The notes under the pieces: model-generated
Databases searched by the model: none
Seen by the model: only the letters and a program-made list of their open reading frames with translations
What the model was told of the DNA's origin: nothing
Shown: piece by piece, positions 21,067 through 32,619 of the stretch
Position numbering within the stretch: position 1 is the first letter of the stretch
Layout: each line of letters starts with the position of its first letter
Assembly (NCBI GenBank): GCA_009859145.1
Contig: VRVR01000027.1
Span: forward strand, 48,915-112,914
Direction of reading: 5' to 3'
Origin: Andalucia godoyi And28
Taxonomy: Eukaryota > Protista > Jakobida
Length of the DNA: 64,000 nt
Position numbers and translations under genes: made by a program

Positions 21067-22620
21067 TAACACGGTTTGGACGGCAGTTTCGGACGACGGT
21101 GTGCATTTTTGTATGTAGTTTGTGTGTGAAGAGGTATGTGTATTCTTGACGTCTTGCTTGATCCACGAACACAAGCTGGTCTTCTCGTGAAGGCCTACTA
21201 CATGTCTGAACTTTACAAATTTCATCCATACTTTCGTACATGCATTTCTAGACGGCGGATGTGGAACCATACAGTGCTTTGTACAGTTGCATGAACGGCT
21301 GGTAGTCGATGATGAAACGTTGTCAGATGGAAGGCGGGAGATGAAGAATTTTTCAATGGAATCAACTTTCGAATACAACAATGCTTCATCAACATTATTC
21401 AATTTTGTTTCAACAACGGTGTCACAACAAAACATTTGATGACGTAACCGCAATGTGTTTCTTAACAGAGAAGATGATGCTGATCTTTCCGTTTCGGCCG
21501 GCTTCTTTTCCATAACCGGAAGAAGCCTCGTAGTGCCGAAGCTCGACAACTTGCGGGAGAGCCACTGGTCGAACCTCGCTCGGAAAAGCGCAAAACTGCT
21601 TCAAATACTTCTTCATCTCCAATGATTCCGACCCGGAAAAGTACCCACTCATTCTCGGTTCTCACACTCCGCCAATGCGGGGAAATGAATACACTGAAAT
21701 TGTCTGGATTTGATGTCATTAGTCGAAGATAATCTGGAAAACGACAGCCTGCGAAATTCAATCCGTCTTTTGATTCGAAGGCTAACGATAAATCGATGTG
21801 CTCGACGTCGGAATTGAAAGCAGGCAGACGTCGGAATTCCGAAGTTGGCGGATCCAAATGTGGCCACTGCATTCTTGCAGTTCAGTTCTTTCATTGGAAT
21901 GTGAGGCACTTCCACCTGGTCCCTTTGGCACTGCAAATTCCAGTTCGCATGCGAATCTAAATACCAGTTGCTGAACATTTACGAAATACGAGTGTTTTTT
22001 CTGTATGACAATGGTTTCTAAGAACAAAGCAGGTTGTGTATTTCGACTTCGAGCAACAATCCGTTTTCTTGAAACACATGCTTTCAACTTTAATCTCAGC
22101 TTTCCAGTATCTGAAGACTTTCTGTGGGTTGATGTGGCATCGCGGACTGTTTCTTACCATTCTGACCCTGCATGGTGAATGGCTTCATGAACGATGGTAC
22201 TCACAAACAAGCACTTTCGTCATGGACATGTGGATTTGCCTTTCGTTGTTCATTATAGTTCTCTCGGCACCTTTTCTTATTTCGCAATCTCTCTAGGTTT
22301 GCATGTTTCTGCTCTGGTAAACACATATATAGTTCGAAAAAGAATCACTAGGCCTGTACTTTACTTCCACCTGGAAGACATGCATAGCATTCATTGTTTT
22401 ATTCGTTGAAACCAGCGGCAGTTTGGTGGAAGCAAATCGAAGAATTCAACTTCACACCAATTTGAAAGTTTCCCCAGGAATTTGCATTCCACGGTCTCTT
22501 CATTTCCTTTCCACTGTCCGCCTGGTTCACAATTTAAACAAGATATGGGTATTTCAGCGATTTTCACCGTCACGACGTCTTTTTTTGTTTTTACGTACAC
22601 CAGGTTGAAATTACTTTTCA

Positions 22621-23319
22621 GTGGACATGGGTGACAGACTGTTCGCACCCAATGATCTGCTTTTTTTCAAAGCGGACTGGGAAACAGATGATGTTTTCCA
22701 CGTCTTTGTGTCTCCTTCTCAGAATGTTAAAGCAGCACATGTATATCTTATCAAGATCTCTGCTGTCTCCAGTTACATCCTCATCAGCAGTCATTTTGTG
22801 GGGAACCAGCAGGATTCGAAATGGATTCGCTCGTCCGTTACGGATTCTCAATCAGTCGTCAGCTCTCCAGCAGGAATGAGGTGTTACGATCATCCAAAGG
22901 ACATCGAACGGTTCTTGGATGTTGTGGGCGACGCTGAAGAAGTCGGAATTCTCCTTTATGTGCAACAGACGAGCGATGCTGTCAAGGGCATGGACGGCTT
23001 TGTCTGCAAACGGATCTACGTTGACGACTCCCATGGGAGGCATGGAGTTGCTTCTTGCATAATGCACGTTGCTCACAGAGACTACGACGAAAAATTGACG
23101 TATTTGAAGGAACCATACACGAAAGAGATTGGAGGGGACATCGATGAGGAATGGGAAGGCTTGATTGAAAAGTGGAAGCGTTGCGTTGCGCAACGATACC
23201 TACCGAAGTCTGTGCTTGCCGTTGCATCTGCTTATCCTACAACAATGGAGTCCGACACCTGCTTTCCCCTCCGCAGTATTCCATCGGATCTAGCGCTTGG
23301 TCCAATAGTTGATGTTTAA
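22621..23319 (+). CDS. Putative GNAT-like acetyltransferase domain protein (5' exon possible)
   Basis: VGILLYVQ...FVCKRIYVDDSHGRHGVASCIMHVAH resembles GNAT motif A. A GT...AG intron-like stretch lies at about 22549-22604. Confidence 0.45.
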   Translation: MDMGDRLFAPNDLLFFKADWETDDVFHVFVSPSQNVKAAHVYLIKISAVSSYILISSHFVGNQQDSKWIRSSVTDSQSVVSSPAGMRCYDHPKDIERFLDVVGDAEEVGILLYVQQTSDAVKGMDGFVCKRIYVDDSHGRHGVASCIMHVAHRDYDEKLTYLKEPYTKEIGGDIDEEWEGLIEKWKRCVAQRYLPKSVLAVASAYPTTMESDTCFPLRSIPSDLALGPIVDV

Positions 23320-23525
23320 AATGTTTGAAAACTGTGACACATGTGATTTCGTAAAGTTTGCTTTCGTAGTGCTTAGATGTCGTAGATGATGCCACTCTTG
23401 ATCTTTCTTTCTGCGAATGAACAAATCCCGTGAAGCAACGGAAGACTGCACGACAAGTGCACAAGGAATGATCCAGTTACAAATCGATGATTTACAAATG
23501 TGACGAGCCCGATGGCTGTCGGGAA

Positions 23526-24272
23526 CTACGAAAAACGGAAAAAAATTGCGTATGCAATCATCAACGCAGCGGAACGAGTGGAAATCCACAAGATCGTGGA
23601 TATATTTTTGCCTCCTAACTGAAAGAAACAATACAGAAAAGTGCAGATATCCGAAGAAACTAAGAACACGTCGCGGACATTGCGCAGTCCGACATCTGGC
23701 AAGAATGCACCAAGAAGTACATTCTCATATGAGGCAATTCCAATGTGTGCGACACATATAGCCAAGCTCCAGTTCAACAGATGCTCGGGGACTGACTTAT
23801 CCTTTCTTACACAGATCAGCAACGCATGTGCCACTATCAGTTCCGTGAGAAAGAAAAAAATCTGCGATTTTAACATCAGATAAAACTCGTCGTTGATGTA
23901 ATTGAAGATGCACCACAATCCGTAAAAGTTCGGATACAGTGATAGACCAAACAACAGACACGGCATGACATCGAAGTTACTGCGAAGCAGGCATGTAAGA
24001 ATTCTCTCTGCCGAAGACTGCAGAAAGAATATCCCACATAGAAGAACGATCCATAAGACGCCAGAGCTGAAGGTCATGTTGAAATACCAGTGCTTGTAAG
24101 TGGGAGGGAAACGCGCGTGGAGGCGGCCTTTGTATCCACTGTCAAAACAAGTGCAGGTGCAACTCTCCTTGTCGACAGTGTATTCCGGCCATCCCATTCC
24201 GAGAGTTTGCAGAGACAAGGCAGAGACGATGAATACGCATGCGACAATCCAAGACCATAAGCGCACCTGCAT
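23526..24272 (-). CDS. Multi-pass membrane protein of unknown function
   Basis: About 248 aa; N-terminal hydrophobic helix, CTCTCFD...YKHWYFN, YPNFYGLWCIFNYINDEFY and several TM segments. Confidence 0.7.
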   Translation of the reverse strand: MQVRLWSWIVACVFIVSALSLQTLGMGWPEYTVDKESCTCTCFDSGYKGRLHARFPPTYKHWYFNMTFSSGVLWIVLLCGIFFLQSSAERILTCLLRSNFDVMPCLLFGLSLYPNFYGLWCIFNYINDEFYLMLKSQIFFFLTELIVAHALLICVRKDKSVPEHLLNWSLAICVAHIGIASYENVLLGAFLPDVGLRNVRDVFLVSSDICTFLYCFFQLGGKNISTILWISTRSAALMIAYAIFFRFS

Positions 24273-24374
24273 GATCAAAATCTCAGTGAATGTTTCCCAA
24301 CAGAATCGTCGCGCAGATCAGCAGCAATTTTGCCCCCAGCCTCGACGTTTTAAAAAAAACATCCGTAAAAAAAG

Positions 24375-26265
24375 AGCATGTCGAAGCAGAGGTTCTTGTC
24401 GTCAGTTCCAGCATGTTCGGACTTCGGAACTCCGACAGACGTCCGACAATACTCCGATCCGCTTTCTCGATTTCTTCGTCCAGTATTTTTCATTTTGTAT
24501 TCAGCATTCGAGGATTGGAATGTCAACGAGGCTGCGCCGACTCCATTGTGTGTGCCATCAGCGAAGCACTGTTAGAAGGTGTGCTGTCCATCGATTGTTC
24601 TTTTACCATGTTGTTATTGACAGTTTGTGTGGAGGCTCAATGTGTGAATGAAGCGATAACATCCTTAACATCCGACGAAGGTTACATTAACGAAGATGAG
24701 AGGCTTTCGAATTATCCCGGGACACCCCATGGCGATTCTTCTCGCTCTGTTAATTCTATCCCCGGAGTCGATTGCACGGATGTCGCAGTTTACTGGACAA
24801 GGCCACAGTTTTCCATGACCGAAGCCGTGCCAATCGAGAGTTGATTATGCAGATCATATCAACAGCCGGCTAGGAGGTTTCCTTTCTGACGGACAGCACT
24901 GAAAAAAGGTTCCGGTTTGAAGGGCGTGGCAACATTGTCCGTCGTTTTTGCATGCCGCTGGCGTCCTGTGCTCATCTTCTAGATGATTTGAAAGCGTCTT
25001 TGTTTAAGGAAGATTCCAGCGCACCTTATCGAAGTTGACTGCATTTTCTTTGCGGATTGAGTCTTGCTGCAGGACATATTACAGAGCAAACAGCGGAATG
25101 GATGGATGTTGTGGTGCAATCCACTTGTGCATCACATTCGGCAGCTCCTGTGGGTCCCCGCACGTTGCTCAGCGTCTTCTCGACAATGGGTGATCCTGCT
25201 TCTTTGGCTTCGAATACTGATGAGTAACGAATTCGAGAAGCATTGATGCGCACGGAGGAAATCAAATCCTGGAGAACTATGTTTTTGGGGTTGCTATTAT
25301 TCACCACACCGGTTGTTGTGATTGCTATGAGGCTTGTGTGGGTCCCTTCCATTCATATGAACAGAGATGTGTGGCTAGCATAGTGGTATTCTTCATCTGG
25401 CTAGGATTTACCTTGTGCGGAACCGGGTCTACTGATCCTCTTCACCCTGTCGGTTTCTCTCTTGTTGTTACAATTGCCGTCCTGGTCGTTGTGTGTCCTG
25501 TGTGCGATTGGTGTTGCTACTCCAACAGCTGTCTGAGTTGGATGGGGAGTGGTGGGAGAACTCTCGGCATACTCATCAAAAGCCGAGTCTCTGGAGTCTG
25601 ACGTGTAAGCTCGAATTGTTTGCTTCGATCACACAGGGACTCTTAAGCAAGGAAAATCTCCGTTGAGAGGTATGGATTCTCAATATCAGCGAGCTACCCT
25701 TTTGATGAAGACATGGTCCGAGTGCTTGAGTCCCAATCAGAACATCCCATTGCAGCTGCCATGATTTGCTTCATTGAGCCGAAGAAGTTGCCGTTGGGTC
25801 ATTAGAAGATCCAGAACGGGGTCGAATGCAAGTCCTTTCAGACGTTTCCTGGACAGGGTGTGACCGGGAACTTCTCCACCACCGAAGGAGACATTACTGT
25901 TATTGTTGGAACAGCTCAGTTCTTGACTGCCTTTGGTGTCGAGATTCTATCGGTTTGGCGAATTGACCTACTTGCCATCATCCAAGCTGCTCTAACGGTT
26001 GTTCTTGTCTCTATTCAAGGTTGCGTTTTCGCTCAGTTTGGGCTCATTGATACTGTTCGCCCAGATGCAGCTGCCACACTTGCCGTTCCTTCGTTTCTGG
26101 GGATGCAGGGGTATACATGATATCGGGGATAACATTCCGGCTGCGCAGCATGTCGGAAACATCGTTGGTATTCCCTCTCATCGCGAGAGTGTTGCCGTCA
26201 GGGAGGATTGTTGCAATTCGCTGCCTTCAAGAGGAAGGAGCTTTGCGGCATGTACAATGTATTTC
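24375..26265 (+). pseudogene. Decayed paralog 1 of the P1B Cu-ATPase at 42312-46091
   Basis: Collinear fragments: FSIRGLECQRGCADSI, EALMRTEEIK, LHPVGFSLVVTIAVLVVVCP, IVCFDHTGTL, SQSEHPIAAA, FQTFPGQGVTG, AQFGLIDTVRPDAAAT, GDNIPAAQHVGNIVGIPS. Multiple stops, frameshifts and large deletions. Confidence 0.9.
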
Positions 26266-26504
26266 AAAGCCTATAGCTCTGCTTGGAGCTTTGTTGAAGG
26301 AGAGCACGTGGTCCGATGAAAGAGGGACATCCAACTAGCGCGTCGATTCGATCGGTGAAAGTGGCAGTGAAATCGTTGACTGCGGACGAGATTTTTGGTA
26401 AAACGGCAGCAATGGACATTGAAGAAAAGGTACTTTTGGCTGCGTTGAATAACGCCAATGGCTCTCCTTTTAGAGGAAAAAATCGTGGAATAAGGTGGAA
26501 CGAA

Positions 26505-26906
26505 TCACTGGCACTGCTGCCAACTATAGGATGGTAACGTGCCTACTTTGGACGATTCTTTTGACTGTTGCTGCGGAACATCATCAGCAGTTCTTGTTGA
26601 CACCAGATCAACACATGCAAGAAATGCAGTAATAATCAAGAAGAGTGATGGGATTCGTTCCACTTTCCAATGCAGTGCCGCAGACACCGGCAACTTCCAG
26701 TAATCAATCTGAAAAGCCTCCAAATCGTTATACTTTTTCAGAATCCATGCGTAACGGAGACAAACAATCCAATAGAGGAGATTTTTCTTGTTGAGAACGC
26801 ACGAATTCCGTCGGACAAAGTAGCGTCCTCGGATTGGGTACACGAGCAACTGACACATTCTGAGAAATGAGCAGCGACTAATTGAAAGATGAAGCACGAT
26901 CCTCAT
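26505..26906 (-). CDS. Hypothetical small membrane protein
   Basis: 133-aa ORF with hydrophobic segments; no motif recognised. Confidence 0.3.
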   Translation of the reverse strand: MRIVLHLSISRCSFLRMCQLLVYPIRGRYFVRRNSCVLNKKNLLYWIVCLRYAWILKKYNDLEAFQIDYWKLPVSAALHWKVERIPSLFLIITAFLACVDLVSTRTADDVPQQQSKESSKVGTLPSYSWQQCQ

Positions 26907-27070
26907 AATGTGCGCGCGTGGTCAACATGCAACATTTGATCAAAAGGTAATGCTGAAAAGGACGGAAATACCCCTAGATTGATGTGGAATTCACTAATAG
27001 AAGTCCAAGAATCACTTTTTACATCGCAAATTCGGTACGCGGTCAGATACGAAACAAGACAAAGATGAAA

Positions 27071-28102
27071 TCAATCAACTGCAGACTCATGACTTCGAAA
27101 AAACGCTTGGAAAGGATCCGATATAGGACCAAGGGAGAAATTGAATTTGCATGCTACATCAGTGTCCAGCATTCCAACTGCTGGATACAGTGCTGGGAGA
27201 GGAATTTGCGTCGCATCCAATTCAGAGGAGAAATCTTGGGGAAGAAACAAATCTTGAAAAACATGAAAAATCGCGACTCTGTTGTACACAACATCAGCAT
27301 TGACGCCGCGGACGGAGTGGACTGCTTGATCATCACGAGAAGACGCGCTAGGAAACGGTTCGGAAACAAACACATGAACGAGCAACGGCCTTTGCACCGT
27401 GCCATCCGGTGAATGCACAGCTGGATAGCAGAAAACAACCTTCATAGTGGGGTTGAAACGTACGGATGCACATTTAAGCCAGGGCAATCCTGGAATCAGC
27501 ACCGATCTCCATCCAGGACAGAATCCGACAGAACACCGGTTACGACCTGGAAACGAAAAATGTGGTTGGCCGCTGCCCACAAGCCCAAGGACCACTGATT
27601 TGCTCAAACAATCCAGGGTAAAGATGACGCATTCACCCGGAAACAACGGGCGACCGAAAATTGCGCACTTTTCCTTCGTAGCCGACAACAGCAGTCTTGG
27701 TCGAAATTGCACATCCTCCCATCTCAAAGCAGCATCGTGATCCCCAGGGCTCATGTCGCGGAAAACGGTCTCGACAATTGGATTCCCAGGTGAAGATAAG
27801 TCATATTTTGTGCCTCGAAATCGGAAACGCACCGTTGCTTCGTCACATTCTCGAGACTCGTCACTGCACAAGGATTTGATTCTACTACGAGTATTTTGAA
27901 ATCGGTCCGTTTGCCACACACGAAATTGCAAATAACGATCTGACTGTTTGAAGGTTTCAATTTTCTTACACAACCAAAAGACGAAAACCGGGATTATCAC
28001 CATTACGACAAATCCGGAGATGCTCAGATAGCATTTCTGATTGCAGAAACTGGAAATTCCCTCGCGGTCGCCTTTGGGTCCGGTGTCCGTCATTTGAGCC
28101 AT
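27071..28102 (-). CDS. Membrane-anchored SPRY/B30.2-like domain protein (SSH4-like architecture)
   Basis: N-terminal TM (ISGFVVMVIIPVFVFWLC); FPGRNRCSVGFCPG and LYPAVGMLDTDVACKFNF resemble SPRY motifs. Confidence 0.55.
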   Translation of the reverse strand: MAQMTDTGPKGDREGISSFCNQKCYLSISGFVVMVIIPVFVFWLCKKIETFKQSDRYLQFRVWQTDRFQNTRSRIKSLCSDESRECDEATVRFRFRGTKYDLSSPGNPIVETVFRDMSPGDHDAALRWEDVQFRPRLLLSATKEKCAIFGRPLFPGECVIFTLDCLSKSVVLGLVGSGQPHFSFPGRNRCSVGFCPGWRSVLIPGLPWLKCASVRFNPTMKVVFCYPAVHSPDGTVQRPLLVHVFVSEPFPSASSRDDQAVHSVRGVNADVVYNRVAIFHVFQDLFLPQDFSSELDATQIPLPALYPAVGMLDTDVACKFNFSLGPISDPFQAFFRSHESAVD

Positions 28103-28588
28103 CGACAAATCAATTAACAGGAAGGATTCGTCTCAGCATTACAAAATTTAAAACAAACCATGTCATCAAAAAACATGCTGGCATGAACTTGAATTGAGCT
28201 CCACTGTTACGTGCCGGTAAATGGAAAGCGCCCGTCTGTGGGAGCGCTTTCAGAAAATATGTTACAGCGGATTCTGAAGCTGTACGGTCCCCTCCTCTCC
28301 TCTCCCCTTCCCTAGCCCTCCTGGACACCGAAAAACTTTATTATGGAACCTATACTAGAACAATAATAGTGCAATAATGAGCACTTCTTCGCAATATCCA
28401 TTGTGAGGTTGTAACTTGCAATTCCAGCCCTCGCATCACCTCTCCAGCGGCTGTACGGGCGAATCCGCAACTACAGTACATCATTTTTCTGAAAGTTCCC
28501 TCTAATAAACGAATAAAAAGTGTTTGGAGCTCAGTGAATATGCTTTATTTTGGTTGTTCTTTCAGAAGGGCGAAATGGAGAACACCGG

Positions 28589-29050
28589 TTAACACATCCT
28601 TTGACGCGAATACTGCGGCTGTTGACCCATGTTGCACACTGGCTGCTGGGGTGGGCACATCTGATGAGTGCCGCTCTGCACAGATGGCGAGTACACCTGC
28701 GGTGGCTGTTGCATCTGCTGCGTTTGAGGAACCTGGACTGGAGGGAACTGCGTTTGGTGATTCTGCTGGGATTGCAGGTAGTGAGTCATCGCTTGTTGGT
28801 TTGCCTCAATATGCTTACCACGAGCGCGAGCATTGTGCTCTCTCGCCATGTCGTTTGCCTTGCAACAGCAGTCCGCGAGACCGCCGAGACAACAACAATT
28901 GCACGTAATGCGGTCAACGCAGCTCGGATTGTCCAGCTCGGTCAAATAACACTTTTGTATGCCAAACCCACACGTCGGGAGGCAGCACAGGAGGCAGCAG
29001 ATGCGGGCGCGGCATGTTGTCTTGTCAATGTATGGTCGAATGGGTTGCAT
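28589..29050 (-). CDS. Cys-rich protein, PLAC8-like, with Gln/Pro-rich tail
   Basis: ICCLLCCLPTCGFG...SCVDRITCNCCCLGGLADCCCKANDMARE followed by a QP-rich tail. Confidence 0.5.
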   Translation of the reverse strand: MQPIRPYIDKTTCRARICCLLCCLPTCGFGIQKCYLTELDNPSCVDRITCNCCCLGGLADCCCKANDMAREHNARARGKHIEANQQAMTHYLQSQQNHQTQFPPVQVPQTQQMQQPPQVYSPSVQSGTHQMCPPQQPVCNMGQQPQYSRQRMC

Positions 29051-29450
29051 TGGTTTCTTTTGATTGTCAAAAAGAACTATAAAGGGGGCTGAAAATGCGA
29101 AGAAATCAGCGGAAAAGCGGAGGAAATCTTCTGGAGATCATCATGAAATCCTCCTTCAAGCAAGCCGAATGTTCATTCGACTGAGCATCGGGATACTAGA
29201 AATCGTTCTATGTTCGACGTGGACGAGGAAGATGGAAAAAATCACCAATTGGAAGAGCATAGCAAAACCTTTGGAATCGAAAAACCCGACTGGAAAGTAC
29301 GACCATAAAGACCTTTCCGGTCTTAAAAGGACTGTAGAAGTGTTGATGTCGTTTGAATGATTCAATTACGGGATACGGCAGCATATCGGAATGCTACAGA
29401 CTGCGAGACTTGCAGCCCTCTTCGAATGTTCAAGCTATCGCTAATGGAAA

Positions 29451-30737
29451 ATGCCCTCTCAGTTCTCATTTGATGACAGTTGGCAGAGGTCTTGCAGATG
29501 CTTTGCTGTAGCATTTATTAATCAACAAGCGTGCTTCGAAGCCACGAGGAATCATATTGCAAGTGGTACGTTTGTAGAAATGGTTTGCATGAACGGCAAT
29601 TCTGTGCTTCGTGGTCAGGATCCTCTTCCCATCGAAGAAAATGAAAGCGGTAGAACGAAATCCGGCATTATTGCTTTATGTTTGCCTGACCTCGGTTTCG
29701 AATCTGAATTGCACGTTCCTCAGTTTGTAGGCGCGGAACCGGCTGAAAGGAGAATCCAGCGGGTCTCGCATGGCACGAATGGCGGTAATCTTTGGCGAGG
29801 AACACATGTCGTTTGTTGCAAGGGACGCTGTTTTTCCGGTCCTGATTTGCCGGTCTTGGTGTGTACATTTGTCATGATTCTATTGCTCTCTGTCTTGTGG
29901 ACATACCTTGTGCTGCCTGTGGTTGCTACCGAAACTGGGTCCGTTCTGTGGGCCCTTCCCGCTGTTTTAATCATGAGCTCGTTGTTGTTCCTGTGTTTGA
30001 CTGCATTTTCAGACCTAGGGATCATTCCGAAGAAAGTGAAGCCGGGAACGCATCGTTCCGAGCGTGTTGCTGTTCTCAATGCTGCTTCCGCCGAGAGAGA
30101 ACTTGTCAAAATGCAGTGGTGCACGACTTGCAACATTCACCGCCCTCCGCGAGCGTCTCACTGTAGGCGCTGCGAAGTCTGCATTTTGCGTTTTGACCAT
30201 CACTGTCCCTGGATTGGTACTGATATCGGTGAACGAAATTATCGGTGGTTCCTGCTATTCGTTATTTGTTCTGCTAGTTTGGCTCTGGCTGCTCTTATAA
30301 CTTCAATAATAGCAATCCTAATGAATTCCAGGACGGCAGATGGGCACGCGAATGGTCGCGCAGCCACTTGGGGTGCTATTCTTGTAACCGTGCTTGCAGC
30401 ACTATTGCTTTGCTTCACCGGCCCTTTGGGTTGTTTCCACATATATCTGACTCTGTCTGACCAGACCACTCGAGAATTTCTGCAAAGACATTGCAAAGAA
30501 ACATCGTATACCAGACGATCGCCTTGTCGCAATTGCTTGCATGTGTTCTGGGATCCCACTCAGAGTTTGATAAGGCAACCGAATTGCTTCTTGGTCCGTA
30601 TGACCGGTTGCTTGTTTCGATGCCGCTGCTGCAAGTTTTCTGCAACACGTCTCTCATTTGAGGCCGACGTCGACGAGTCCGTCGCATCGTCCCAAGCAAG
30701 CAGCCTAGCGGGTGCTGCTGAACCAGATTCAGTTTGA
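29451..30737 (+). CDS. DHHC palmitoyltransferase (ERF2/ZDHHC9-like); start may be 29580 or 29589
   Basis: WCTTCNIHRPPRASHCRRCEVCILRFDHHCPWIGTDIGERNYRWF, four TM helices, DQTTRE (TTxE) motif. Confidence 0.95.
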   Translation: MPSQFSFDDSWQRSCRCFAVAFINQQACFEATRNHIASGTFVEMVCMNGNSVLRGQDPLPIEENESGRTKSGIIALCLPDLGFESELHVPQFVGAEPAERRIQRVSHGTNGGNLWRGTHVVCCKGRCFSGPDLPVLVCTFVMILLLSVLWTYLVLPVVATETGSVLWALPAVLIMSSLLFLCLTAFSDLGIIPKKVKPGTHRSERVAVLNAASAERELVKMQWCTTCNIHRPPRASHCRRCEVCILRFDHHCPWIGTDIGERNYRWFLLFVICSASLALAALITSIIAILMNSRTADGHANGRAATWGAILVTVLAALLLCFTGPLGCFHIYLTLSDQTTREFLQRHCKETSYTRRSPCRNCLHVFWDPTQSLIRQPNCFLVRMTGCLFRCRCCKFSATRLSFEADVDESVASSQASSLAGAAEPDSV

Positions 30738-31274
30738 GTCAACCAGAAATTGATTTGGCTGCAATCAACCCTTCAAACGACATCCTTATCTGTGACCAAT
30801 TGAGTGTGAGAGAGGCAGCTGGAGGGAACCATGAATTTGCCAGTCATCGAGATGTCATCTAGCACCGACTCCCTCACTGGATGTGACATTTGTCATCATC
30901 ACACTGGCGTTCCTTGGTGGCGTCGAGGAAACGATCGTGGCAGTAAATAGACGATTCGGGTTGCTGGAACACTGACGATGTGAACCTTCAGTGTATTTGA
31001 GGGGTACCTTTGGCATGGGAGAAACTCAGAGACCTGGTCCTCAGCGGCACTTGCCCGCCCGCTCTACAACCATAACTTCGAATTATCGTCCATCCAAACT
31101 CTGTGCTTTTCAGTGGTCTGCTCTAGAAACATAGAGACTTTTTTGAACTGGTCCAGCACGTTCGTCAAAGCTTTTACCCAGTAACAACTTGGAAGTAACT
31201 GATATTCCGTACTATTTTTTACACACAGTGCAGAGTGAAGCATACTGATCTTCGACAGTTATGGAACAACGACG

Positions 31275-31622
31275 TTACATCTTGCGGCATTCTGCTGCAC
31301 AGCGGCGACAGGCAACAGCGCACTCTTTGCAGTGGGATGAAGTGCACTTGTCACAATCGTTGGCGCACTGCTCGCATATGTCTGCGCAAAGGTGACAAAG
31401 ATTCTTATGCTGCACAATTCCTGCCGCCATCCAGCGGACACAGAGATTGCAAATTTCTGCACAAGCGTGGCAGATGCGCACACACCCCATAGCATCACAC
31501 TTCTCCGCACACACCGTGCACGCGATGAAGCATTCCTGACAAGCTTGCATACAAGATTCGAATCCAGCAGAAACTGTCTTCTCAGATTGAGCACACGTTC
31601 CACGAGCCACTGCGGTTTGCAT
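31275..31622 (-). CDS. Four-helix-bundle Cys-rich copper storage protein (Csp/DUF326 family), copy 1
   Basis: SCMQACQECFIACTVCAEKC...CVRICHACAEICNLCVRWM...LCHLCADICEQCANDCDKC...HCKECAVACRRCAAECRKM: repeated CX3C/CX2C, no signal peptide. Confidence 0.88.
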   Translation of the reverse strand: MQTAVARGTCAQSEKTVSAGFESCMQACQECFIACTVCAEKCDAMGCVRICHACAEICNLCVRWMAAGIVQHKNLCHLCADICEQCANDCDKCTSSHCKECAVACRRCAAECRKM

Positions 31623-32151
31623 TGTTCTTATGATTTCGTTAGCAAGCAGAAAATAAATAGCTTTCAAGGAAAACGAGGAGCTGGCGTCTTTATATATTTC
31701 GTTTCATCTTCCAGTTTAGTCCAAGAATGGATGATGTGGTGTTGCAGCCCTCAACTTGAATTAGCGCTGTTATTGTGTAGCATCCTTTGCAGTGCGGTAA
31801 TTGTTACTTGCATGCAAGTTCTTGCTTGAGATGTGCTATTAATAATTACTTTTGGGCCTCACAAACCAGAAGCTGAACACCGAAAATCCACAATGTACGT
31901 ATAGGAAGACGACGATGCTACGGAACGTTGTCAAGAAACAAATGATGGTGCTCAGTGCAAATATTCAAAAAATGTGTGATGAAGGAAAAAGAAAAATGAA
32001 ACCCACAACAGAAGATAAATGACTGAAAATACTTCCTCTTTCATCACTAATATCAAACACACTGTGTATAAGAACAAAGTAGATTTTGAACAGACAATCG
32101 CAGCGAATGAATGGGATCAATGAATGCATCCAAGGCGACACTTGACCATTC

Positions 32152-32490
32152 TCACGCGGAGTGGCGAAGCATGAAAACCAATTCAGCAGAACATCGACGG
32201 CAGGCAATGGCACACTGCTTGCAGCGCCACGAACCGTCCTCTTCACACAAACTTGCACATTGTTCACACACTTGCGCACACAAACGGCACATGTCTTTGT
32301 ATTGAAGCACACCCGATGCAATCCATCGAACGCAAAGAGCACAAAGGTCTGCGCATGCACGACAGGATCGAGCGCAGTTTTCTCTTTCGTTCAACGAATC
32401 TGCAGCGCACGTCACGCACGCTGCAAAGCAGTCTTCGCAGACTTTGAAGCAAAATTCAACGTGAGGAGGAAACTGAAAATGCGTTTTCAT
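32152..32490 (-). CDS. Four-helix-bundle Cys-rich copper storage protein (Csp/DUF326 family), copy 2 (alternative start 32538)
   Basis: CFKVCEDCFAACVTCAAD...CARSCRACADLCALCVRWI...MCRLCAQVCEQCASLC...CKQCAIACRRCSAE; clear paralog of copy 1. Confidence 0.88.
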   Translation of the reverse strand: MKTHFQFPPHVEFCFKVCEDCFAACVTCAADSLNERENCARSCRACADLCALCVRWIASGVLQYKDMCRLCAQVCEQCASLCEEDGSWRCKQCAIACRRCSAELVFMLRHSA

Positions 32491-32599
32491 GGTAGGATGA
32501 TTCTTTGAAGACGATGAAGCGCGGTACTTGTTCTGCATTCTTCGAGAAGAAAGCGACGACCATCCAAGAACATTTGCTGTTTGACAGCAACATTGTTAA

Positions 32600-32618
32600 C
32601 CCCCCCCCCCCCCCCCCC
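32600..32618 (+). repeat. Poly-C tract (19 C) at the 5' junction of the Fanzor/TnpB remnant
   Basis: Directly visible homopolymer. Confidence 0.9.
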
Positions 32619-32619
32619 G

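Noticed and set aside
19900-21549. 549-aa minus-strand ORF
   Set aside because: Antisense shadow of the P4-ATPase; no motifs, and explained by the codon pattern of the real gene.
22036-22296. Possible degenerate paralog of the membrane protein at 23526-24272 (YFDFEQQS, ERWYSQ)
   Set aside because: Similarity is marginal by eye and the ORF is short; needs an alignment.
26316-26537. KVAVKSL...DIEEKVLLAAL, resembling kinase subdomains II-III
   Set aside because: Only a short fragment with no other kinase motifs; could be chance or a tiny remnant.
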